A stretch of 36,449 nucleotides of DNA, taken from positions 1 to 36,449 of IMG/VR virus record IMGVR_UViG_3300036796_000273. One strand, given 5' to 3'. This document shows, one piece after another, positions 29,543 through 36,449 of the stretch. Made by a program: the position numbers and the translations under genes. Each line of letters opens with the position of its first letter. Positions within the stretch are counted from its first letter, which is position 1. Below the pieces are notes generated by a model. That model was given only the letters and a program-made list of their open reading frames with translations, was not told the DNA's origin and did not search any database. The DNA is from a virus (taxonomy: Duplodnaviria; Caudoviricetes).

Positions 29543-29750
29543 TTGTTTCAGCCGGGCCGATCATCTTTATAATCTCCACGAGGTTTTCAGCCCGGTACTG
29601 CTTTCCGTTTTGCATCATCACGAAATACTGCCCCTCATTGGTTGTTGAAGGGTGGAAGTAAGCGACGTCTTTTTGTTGAACAACAAAATCGCGAGAATTA
29701 CAGGTGAATGTAAAAACGCCAGTTGGCATGGCACAGGAGTGAGTTTTCAT
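29520..29750 (-). CDS. Hypothetical protein
   Basis: ORF tiling the early operon after the NinX-like gene; start uncertain (29750 or 29813). Confidence 0.5.
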   Translation of the reverse strand: MKTHSCAMPTGVFTFTCNSRDFVVQQKDVAYFHPSTTNEGQYFVMMQNGKQYRAENLVEIIKMIGPAETISVRKKL

Positions 29751-29757
29751 AAAGATG

Positions 29758-30165
29758 TTACTCGGCATTGCCTGGCTCGATTTTTTGAAACCAGCCAGCG
29801 TTAACATCTTCATTTCGTGCCAGAGGTTCCCGCAACATCAGGAAAACGATCATAGCCGCACGCAGTGGTCGATCTGCATTGCTGGTAAACTCATGCCCCG
29901 TGGGTGCCTGCGCTCGGCACCACTCTTTGGTGCCGTTGCTGTCGAATGTGATATCAATTTTGTGCTTAACGACTATCTCCCAAGAAAACGTTGGTTCTTT
30001 GCAATATTCCGGCAGGACTGATCGGTAACCGTCTTTGGTTTTGGCTATAAAGTTATAAATTCCATCCATACCATCAACCCAGCCAACGTCCTGGAAGGCA
30101 TAGCCAAGAATGCTTGCCACGCGTTTGTTTATTTCAAAGTCACTTAACTGGCTGTAATCGGTCAT
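29758..30165 (-). CDS. NinX/DUF2591-like phage protein
   Basis: MTDYSQLSDFEINKRVA start and PLRAAMIVFLM motif. Confidence 0.75.
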   Translation of the reverse strand: MTDYSQLSDFEINKRVASILGYAFQDVGWVDGMDGIYNFIAKTKDGYRSVLPEYCKEPTFSWEIVVKHKIDITFDSNGTKEWCRAQAPTGHEFTSNADRPLRAAMIVFLMLREPLARNEDVNAGWFQKIEPGNAE

Positions 30166-30211
30166 TGTTCAGCGCTCCTATATTTCGAGTTCGGTTTTCT
30201 CGGTTGCTTCT

Positions 30212-31132
30212 TCATGCCTGAGCCGCTAACGCGGTGATGATTTCGCACATGGCTTTGGGAGGCACGGCATTGCCAGCCATATGGACAGTTAACTTGTGGG
30301 ATGGCGGCTTGATGTAATCTGCCGGGAATGACATGGCCAACATGTTCTCTTCCTTTGTCAGAATGCGCATGCGAGCGCCGTCGACGACAGCCCACCGATC
30401 GCGGGTGGTGATCGTCCCGATAGGGCGGGCAAGGGATCGCCCGGTCTTGGTGTTGCCGTAGTAGCTAAAAAGGAACCGATCACCAAACTGTGCGCGACCA
30501 TTTTTAACCCTATCCAGCGTTGCATTAGCGCGGCCCGGTTTTTCAACCGGTTGCCAGTTTCCTGCGGAGAAATCGAGAAAGGTTTCTGCCGGCACATGCG
30601 GCATTTTTGGCAGTGTTAAATGCAGTGGTTTCTTGCTGCGTGTACAGATAATGAATAAGCGCTTCCGGTTCTGAGGGACGCCCAGATCGGCACAATCCAC
30701 AATATGCGGTGCGAGTGAATATCCCAGAGCCTGCATAGCGCCTTCCCATGCCGGATAGAGTGCCCATTGAAGGAACTCGACCACGTTCTCAACGATGATG
30801 CTCGGCATCCGATGATATTCAGCGGCGGAAATAACAGCCCAGGCAGTGGATCGGCTGGCGTCATGCTGGGGATTACCTGCTTTCTTCCCGCGTGCCTTGC
30901 TATGGCCCTGGCAACAAGGGGATGCCATCATCAGATCATGCTGCGGCACCCGCGACCAGTCAGCCTGGTGCAAGTCCTGGCAAACATGAATTGCGCCAGG
31001 GTGATTCTTTTCATGGGCATCAACGGCGGCAGGCCAATGATTGCCAGCCCAAACCACTTCGACACCGGCCATTTCCGCGCCCGTTGATGAACCGCCCAGG
31101 CCGGCAAATAAATCACTCGCTTTTAGTTGCAT
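30212..31132 (-). CDS. DNA cytosine-C5 methyltransferase
   Basis: DLFAGLGG, SPCCQGHS, ENV, PQNRKR and GNAVPP motifs. Confidence 0.93.
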   Translation of the reverse strand: MQLKASDLFAGLGGSSTGAEMAGVEVVWAGNHWPAAVDAHEKNHPGAIHVCQDLHQADWSRVPQHDLMMASPCCQGHSKARGKKAGNPQHDASRSTAWAVISAAEYHRMPSIIVENVVEFLQWALYPAWEGAMQALGYSLAPHIVDCADLGVPQNRKRLFIICTRSKKPLHLTLPKMPHVPAETFLDFSAGNWQPVEKPGRANATLDRVKNGRAQFGDRFLFSYYGNTKTGRSLARPIGTITTRDRWAVVDGARMRILTKEENMLAMSFPADYIKPPSHKLTVHMAGNAVPPKAMCEIITALAAQA

Positions 31133-31950
31133 GTTGATGCCCCCATAGTTGCGATGATTTCACCGGCGCGCATGCGGCCAGCGGCATTGGCACTAACCGA
31201 ACGGCGGGCGGTGGTAGTGGTGATGTTGAAATCGGAGTACAGATCCAGCGCGGCAACTGTTTCGCTGTTTGATGCCACAACGTGGCACCCACGGCGGGCA
31301 GCAATGCGCAGCATGCGTGCCAGCTTTCGCTGTTGGTCGCTGGTGAATCCGTCGGTGTGGTAGCTGGTGAAATTGGCGGTTGCTGATGCAGGGATATAGG
31401 GCGGGTCGCAATAAATCACGTCACCAGCTTGGGCCATCCGGATCGCTTCCTGGAAGCTGCAACACAGGAAAATGGCTTTCTTCGCCAGTGCCTTTTCTGA
31501 GAAGGCGTGGATCTCGTCTTCGGGGAAATAGGGCGCTTTTCGATGACCGAACGGCACATTGAAATCACCGCTCAGGTTATAGCGGCACACACCGTTAAAG
31601 CCGTGGCGGTTCAGGTAGAGGAATTGCGCTGCGCGATACAGGAAATTGCTGTCACAACGCAGGTTAAAATCAGCCCGTACTGCGTAATAGCCAACTTCAT
31701 CGGCCTGCTGTTTAAACAGATTACGGGCTTCTCGGATAAGTTGAACCGGCAGGTTTTTAGCGACGTTGTGGAAGTTGATAAGGTCGCTGTTGATGTCGCA
31801 CAGCAGATAGCTGTCGTAATCGGTATTGAGGAACACTGCGCCGGAACCAACGAATGGCTCAACCAGGCGCTTGCCCTCGGGCAGATGCTGGCGCAGGGTG
31901 TCGATGATGCTGGCTTTACTGCCAAGCCATTTAAGGGCGGGACGGTTCAT
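31123..31950 (-). CDS. dam: DNA adenine methyltransferase (Dam family)
   Basis: LKWLGSK, EPFVGSGAV and DPPY; start at 31950 overlaps the upstream stop (ATGA). Confidence 0.92.
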   Translation of the reverse strand: MNRPALKWLGSKASIIDTLRQHLPEGKRLVEPFVGSGAVFLNTDYDSYLLCDINSDLINFHNVAKNLPVQLIREARNLFKQQADEVGYYAVRADFNLRCDSNFLYRAAQFLYLNRHGFNGVCRYNLSGDFNVPFGHRKAPYFPEDEIHAFSEKALAKKAIFLCCSFQEAIRMAQAGDVIYCDPPYIPASATANFTSYHTDGFTSDQQRKLARMLRIAARRGCHVVASNSETVAALDLYSDFNITTTTARRSVSANAAGRMRAGEIIATMGASTCN

Positions 31951-32174
31951 AATGAACCTCCTTTCATGTGTCGTGATTTGGCTTCGCGATGTTCCTGGCA
32001 ATGCACACAGGTAGTGACGCCATGGATCAGACGTCGACGCGGCTCAGGAATTGGCGAGCCGCATTCTTCGCAGTGAAATGCGGAAGGCCCGCAAGGTCGC
32101 TGGCGGGCGTTTTTGATTTGGGCGTCAAGAATTAGCTGATGCCGCTCCTGCGCCATGTCGATTTGATCAGCCAT
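31947..32174 (-). CDS. TraR/DksA C4 zinc-finger protein
   Basis: MADQIDMAQE...CEECGSPIPEPRR...CVHCQ. Confidence 0.92.
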   Translation of the reverse strand: MADQIDMAQERHQLILDAQIKNARQRPCGPSAFHCEECGSPIPEPRRRLIHGVTTCVHCQEHREAKSRHMKGGSL

Positions 32175-32183
32175 TGGGCATCC

Positions 32184-32327
32184 TTAGTCGTAATTGCGTT
32201 CTTCGGGTGGCAGACACTGGCTGTCAGATCTCTGGAGAGATTTGCAAACATGATAAAAAAACAGGCCAATCAGACCAAAAGCGACAACGGCCCCGATAGC
32301 CGCAATGGCAAGGTATAGAACCGTCAT
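32184..32327 (-). CDS. Small membrane protein (47 aa, absent from the ORF track)
   Basis: MTVLYLAIAAIGAVVAFGLIGLFFYHVCKSLQRSDSQCLPPEERNYD; ATGA overlap with the upstream gene. Confidence 0.65.
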   Translation of the reverse strand: MTVLYLAIAAIGAVVAFGLIGLFFYHVCKSLQRSDSQCLPPEERNYD

Positions 32328-32551
32328 TTCCGGTACTCCACGTTGTACGTTTCATGGGTCATTAACCGCCAATCCTTGCCGTCGTTTTTACTCAGCAAAC
32401 GCCAGCGGTAGCCAATATCTATTTTCAAATAGCCATGCGGCTTGATACGACGAAATACACGGTTACCACGGCGAAACTGAGACAATAATATAATTGCCTT
32501 GCGGTATATTTCCGGAGTGGTAGCAGTACCGGCAAGAGTGATCACGGTCAT
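32324..32551 (-). CDS. Small basic protein, ParE/RelE-like
   Basis: YLKIDIGYRWRLLSKNDGKDWRLMTHETYN, a pattern recalled from phage ParE-like proteins. Confidence 0.6.
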   Translation of the reverse strand: MTVITLAGTATTPEIYRKAIILLSQFRRGNRVFRRIKPHGYLKIDIGYRWRLLSKNDGKDWRLMTHETYNVEYRK

Positions 32552-32742
32552 TTCCCCTTTACTTGTTCAGCACCAATATTCTGGCGTGCACTGATCCAGC
32601 TTTTCAGCATGGAAATAATTTGCTCTCTGGGAGCCTTGTCCGCTTCCAGGCGTTCAATCCGTGTGCTCAATAATTCCAGAAGTTGCAGCCGCGAGGCGCG
32701 GCGGGCTTCGGTTAGTAATTCCATTAACGCAACGTCATTCAT
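32548..32742 (-). CDS. Small helical early protein (DUF2732-like)
   Basis: ELLTEARR... helical ORF with a GGGG RBS at the usual P2 early position. Confidence 0.55.
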   Translation of the reverse strand: MNDVALMELLTEARRASRLQLLELLSTRIERLEADKAPREQIISMLKSWISARQNIGAEQVKGK

Positions 32743-33062
32743 AAAACCCCCTGAATTCAGGATGTGGGAAACCCGCCACCAGAAAGGCAGCATTTTTATT
32801 ACGAGTGATTCACATATTTCAGTAGGCACTTATTAGTACGTACTGGAATATGTGCCGGTTTTATCCATGCCGGCTCATGGTTAGGCCAATCTATCCGTTC
32901 TCTTGCAGCCCATTCATTTATTAGGGCGCGACCGGATGGGTGCGATTGTCCTTAATGCTCCGGGATTACGCGCCCGGCCGCGTTGTGGTATCTTCACCAT
33001 GCCCGCCACGTTCTGACAGGAACACGGGCATAGCAATCAACCACCCACAAGAAGGAACTGTG

Positions 33063-33533
33063 ATGGAAATCTCTCTTTCTAAATACTACGGCTTGTTCAC
33101 CAATACATACAAAAACGTACTTAAAACACTAAAGCTGGAAGCTGATGAAATAAGCTGGCGTTCGGACAAGCAAAATTACCTGAGCGAACGCACTCTTAAT
33201 ATCTTCAAGCTTGATCTTCTCCTGTTTGGATATAAACAAGAAAACGATCCCCATCGGCTTATCCTCAAAGGTAAAAATGCACTTGTTTCTTACCTGGTGA
33301 ACAACAAAAAACTACCATTCGGTGATGCAAAAAATATCACTCTTGCAGATGCTTTAATTCTGCTCTCTGGCGAATTGAGAGAGCTAAAGGTTTCTGATGA
33401 AATCATGAGTCAACTAAAACAAGGTGATTTCAACTTTAATGACTACCATTCATCGGAGTTTGTTTTCCAATATCCGGGATATCAGGATGATGAATGGGAT
33501 CCGGATCTGTGGGATAAACGCTTGCTGAAATAA
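33063..33533 (+). CDS. Hypothetical accessory protein antisense to the early operon (possibly ECs1072-like)
   Basis: 156 aa AT-rich ORF with an AAGGA RBS; family resemblance is tentative. Confidence 0.7.
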   Translation: MEISLSKYYGLFTNTYKNVLKTLKLEADEISWRSDKQNYLSERTLNIFKLDLLLFGYKQENDPHRLILKGKNALVSYLVNNKKLPFGDAKNITLADALILLSGELRELKVSDEIMSQLKQGDFNFNDYHSSEFVFQYPGYQDDEWDPDLWDKRLLK

Positions 33534-33762
33534 ATTCGTTTCTTTCAGCTTCCCTTGTCTTCATTCGTTCGATTTCTAAATTTAACTCCTCGACACAGTT
33601 TGTTGAGGAGTTTTTCAGCTCTAGAGCATATTCCACGCTCCGCAGCCATGCTCGCAATTCGACATCGTTTAGGTTCCCTCTGTAGATAAATGGGCGTTTG
33701 GTCTTTTCCTCCGCAATAAAAATAACTTTACCATTGGCTGAAATCATATTGTTGGCTCCCAT
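33436..33762 (-). CDS. Hypothetical early protein
   Basis: AAGGGG RBS before MGANN; 3' end overlaps the convergent gene by 98 bp. Confidence 0.5.
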   Translation of the reverse strand: MGANNMISANGKVIFIAEEKTKRPFIYRGNLNDVELRAWLRSVEYALELKNSSTNCVEELNLEIERMKTREAERNEFISASVYPTDPDPIHHPDIPDIGKQTPMNGSH

Positions 33763-33868
33763 GTTTTTCCCCTTCGTTGTACCTATCTGGGAGCACACCC
33801 CACGACGCCAATCGCCCACACGTTGATGGAAGGGATGCGCTCTCAGATAGGGCCGGGCAACCCGGCCA

Positions 33869-34141
33869 TCAGGCGAAACACTGCATATCACGTGGCACAG
33901 GGATATCACCGTTATTGCAACGCAACATCAAAGCATCGATCACCGCAGCGGCCACGCCGTCGCCTGCGGCTTCTGCCGTGCTCAGCAAGCCAGTAAGGCC
34001 AACGCTCAAACGGAATGCATGGTCATTTAGTGAAACAGCCCGCACTGCCGGAGCGATAGCGCTGGCTGCATTGATGTTTTGGGCCTTGGCGTGGTACTGC
34101 GTCAGCAGATCGTCAACCAAAATGGTGTATGCCTGTTTCAC
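33869..34141 (-). CDS. Hypothetical early protein
   Basis: 90 aa; GTGA overlap with the upstream gene. Confidence 0.65.
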   Translation of the reverse strand: MKQAYTILVDDLLTQYHAKAQNINAASAIAPAVRAVSLNDHAFRLSVGLTGLLSTAEAAGDGVAAAVIDALMLRCNNGDIPVPRDMQCFA

Positions 34142-34746
34142 TTTGCCGCCTCCTGCTCATCAAAAACCAACGGATCGGTATCCAGGATTGTGGGGTTGGA
34201 TGTGATCCCGATGCCATAGAGCTGACTGGCCTCATCCCGGATCGCCATTGCGATGGCTGGGTAAGCTGGTTTTTGGTCTTTTTGCACCGATTTATAAAAA
34301 TCTCTCAAAGATGGCGTCTCAACGATACGAGCCATAAGCGCCACTTTACCTCCTCTCTCTCCCAGAGCGACTTCGATAACTTCACTCAAGGTTTTTCTGT
34401 CGTCGAATTCTATGCATACACCGACGTTGAAAAGATCAGGGTTGAAATTTGTCGCCATCTGCTTGAGCTGTTCGGCGGTTATTGCACGCCCGTCAGTGGT
34501 CACGCCTTCGATGGCTACCAAAAACCATTTGCTTCTAGTGTTTCGCCGCTTCTCGGCATATAGCTGGTGAATATGCTTGACCGCCCCGGCCTTCGAGTCA
34601 TAAAGACCGAACGAGTGATCGCCGAGACTGACTTCATATCTGGCGATTTTGCTCACAGCCGTTTGCGGGCGGTAGGTGATCACAAAGCCCCGATAACGAG
34701 AGGTGTTGCGGCTGATTTTGGTAATGACATGGCGCATGGTCTGCAT
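34138..34746 (-). CDS. Fusion of a DUF4761-like N-terminal domain with a degenerate gpO protease-like domain
   Basis: Residues 72-202 align by eye with the N-terminal domain of this phage's gpO (VAIEGVTTDGR; GKVALMA; GIGITSNP). Confidence 0.8.
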   Translation of the reverse strand: MQTMRHVITKISRNTSRYRGFVITYRPQTAVSKIARYEVSLGDHSFGLYDSKAGAVKHIHQLYAEKRRNTRSKWFLVAIEGVTTDGRAITAEQLKQMATNFNPDLFNVGVCIEFDDRKTLSEVIEVALGERGGKVALMARIVETPSLRDFYKSVQKDQKPAYPAIAMAIRDEASQLYGIGITSNPTILDTDPLVFDEQEAAK

Positions 34747-34755
34747 ATTCCCGCC

Positions 34756-35022
34756 TCAACTCATCTGTTCAACAAATTTCTCAGCGTGGCGCTTGGCGTT
34801 CAGATAAATGGCGTAAAGATTGACGCGACGCTTTGCACCAGGGCGCACTTGCAAAATCGGCAGGGCACCGGTATCGGCCTGTGTACGAATGGTTTGTTTG
34901 TTCTTCCCGATGCGCAGGGCGTAGTCAGAGATCGACTCTTCCAACAGGTCACCAAATGGATAATCAGCCGGCAGTTGGTTTTCCCTTACCCCAATCACCT
35001 TTTTTTGTCGGTTTTTGTTCAT
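34756..35022 (-). CDS. cox: Cox-like excisionase / early regulator
   Basis: First gene of the early operon, divergent from the repressor; YALRIGK...GALPI...RRVNL pattern. Confidence 0.75.
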   Translation of the reverse strand: MNKNRQKKVIGVRENQLPADYPFGDLLEESISDYALRIGKNKQTIRTQADTGALPILQVRPGAKRRVNLYAIYLNAKRHAEKFVEQMS

Positions 35023-35115
35023 AGTGATACCCTTTAAGATCACGCGATTTAAGTTATTAAAGGTTCATTCCAATGAACCAATGTAACAATAGTTCATAGG
35101 AATGAACCATGTCAA
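35005..35115. promoter_or_regulatory. Lysis-lysogeny switch: face-to-face promoters and two palindromic operators
   Basis: Rightward TTGTCG-N17-TACCCT (with TG); leftward TTGACA-N18-TATTGT; operators GGTTCATT-CC-AATGAACC (35062-35079) and GTTCAT-AGGA-ATGAAC (35092-35107). Confidence 0.7.
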
Positions 35116-35408
35116 GCATTCTAAGCGAGAAAGTGAAGGCTATCCGGAAGAGTGAAGGAGTGAGTCAGAGCGAATTTTGCGACATAACCGGTATATCAAT
35201 CAGTACTGTGAAGAAGTACGAAACCGGACTGATAGAGCCTGGCGGGGCGACTCTAATGAAGATAACGAGCAACCCACGCTTTAAGAAATACACGATGTGG
35301 CTAATGACTGGTGATGTTGCACCGGAGGTAGGACAAATATCTCCGGTTCTCTCCCCTAATGGGTATCCCAGTTCATCCAGCGACCAAAAAGGCAAAAAGG
35401 TTGGCTGA
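35109..35408 (+). CDS. C: Immunity repressor (P2 C-like XRE HTH)
   Basis: 99 aa HTH with FKKYTMWLMTG...GQISP; upstream of int. Confidence 0.9.
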   Translation: MSSILSEKVKAIRKSEGVSQSEFCDITGISISTVKKYETGLIEPGGATLMKITSNPRFKKYTMWLMTGDVAPEVGQISPVLSPNGYPSSSSDQKGKKVG

Positions 35409-35471
35409 CCGCATGGAAAATAATGCAGCGCTGGAAGCGGGGCGGCATTTGTTTCGAAAGGAATCTTTGGG

Positions 35472-36449
35472 ATGAGTATTAAATCGCTGGGCACTGAAGG
35501 CTATATGGTGGATGTGCGCCCCCAGGGTCGGACGGGTAAGCGAGTCCGCAAAAAATTCAAAACCAAGTCAGAAGCGCAGCAGTTTGAGCGTTGGGTTATC
35601 GCGACACAAAACAATAAAGACTGGGTAGATAAACCAGCCGATCAGCGGCCCTTAACGGAATTGATAGACCTTTGGTTTAAGCATCACGGTCAGAACCTAA
35701 AAGATGGCGTGAAGATAGAGCATAAATTGCAGGTGATGGCGGCCAAAATGGGTAATCCCAAGGCTTGCCAGATCACTCGATCTTTCTTTTCTGATTATCG
35801 TGTACTCCGTCTCGCCGAAGGCAGAAAGGCAAAAACCGTCAATCTCGATCAGGAGAAGCTTGGCGGTGTGTATTCCGTTCTCATCGATTTGGGGCTTTAT
35901 CACGGTGAACATCCGCTCAAAGAGATGAAAAAAATAAAGCTGCCGGATCAGGAAATGGGTTTCTTAACTCATGACGAAATCTGGCAGTTGCTCGACCGAC
36001 TTGAAGGTGATCATCTGAAAGCGGTTAAGTTGTGCCTGGCAACAGGGGCCCGCTGGGGGGAGGTGGTCAAACTTCGGCGGGAAGAGGTGATCGGCAATAA
36101 GGTGACTTACCTCAATACCAAGAACAGCAAAAACCGAACAGTGCCGATCTCAGTGGAGTTGTGCGGTGAAATTACCAGTGGGATTAAGGCTGGCCCCTTG
36201 TTTTCGGAGTTGAATTATCCGTATGTGAGAACGTGCATCAAAGAGGTTGCCCCCGGATTGCCGGCAGGACAGGCCGTTCACGTTCTGCGCCATACCTTCG
36301 CTAGCCACTTCATGATGAACGGCGGCAACATTCTGGCGTTACAGCGGATTTTAGGACATTCAAGCATTTTGCAAACAATGTCTTATGCGCATTTTGCGCC
36401 TGATTATTTAAGTGACGCTGTAAAATATAACCCATTAATAAAATTTTAA
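35472..36449 (+). CDS. int: Tyrosine integrase
   Basis: TGARWGE, HVLRHTFASH and LGHSSILQTMSYAH catalytic motifs. Confidence 0.96.
   Translation: MSIKSLGTEGYMVDVRPQGRTGKRVRKKFKTKSEAQQFERWVIATQNNKDWVDKPADQRPLTELIDLWFKHHGQNLKDGVKIEHKLQVMAAKMGNPKACQITRSFFSDYRVLRLAEGRKAKTVNLDQEKLGGVYSVLIDLGLYHGEHPLKEMKKIKLPDQEMGFLTHDEIWQLLDRLEGDHLKAVKLCLATGARWGEVVKLRREEVIGNKVTYLNTKNSKNRTVPISVELCGEITSGIKAGPLFSELNYPYVRTCIKEVAPGLPAGQAVHVLRHTFASHFMMNGGNILALQRILGHSSILQTMSYAHFAPDYLSDAVKYNPLIKF

Larger units (their letters stand above)
1435..36449. mobile_element. P2-like (Peduoviridae) prophage inserted downstream of ptsG; left boundary approximate, right att outside window
   Basis: Full P2-type gene order from ogr through tail, baseplate, lysis, head, portal, A, cox, C to int; no obvious frameshifts in core genes. 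Confidence 0.95.

Noticed and set aside
32800-32950. Open minus-strand frame (…EWAARERIDWPNHEPAWIKPAH…)
   Set aside because: No start codon after the upstream in-frame stop; possibly a gene remnant but unsupported.

Overview
The window begins with the host gene ptsG (1-1434, Enterobacterales). The rest is an apparently intact P2-like (Peduoviridae) prophage inserted just downstream of ptsG, running from ogr (1583) to the integrase (36449); the other att junction lies beyond the window. Genes for tail, baseplate, head, packaging and replication, the C/Cox switch, three Ogr-type late promoter sites, the E/E' frameshift and the rolling-circle origin are all recognisable. The lysis cassette is lambdoid phage-21 type (pinholin, SAR endolysin, embedded Rz/Rz1). 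The accessory hotspot between portal and repA holds a complete Ec67-type retron (msr-msd plus RT-TOPRIM fusion), a candidate cos, and an unknown gene paired with an HTH/Zn-peptidase gene, preceded by tandem operator-like repeats. The early operon carries Dam and C5 methyltransferases and two antisense AT-rich genes. The most unusual observation is a second copy of the capsid scaffold (gpO) protease domain, fused to an unrelated N-terminal domain directly after cox, with its putative catalytic His and Ser replaced. All family calls come from motif recognition by eye; no database searches were run.
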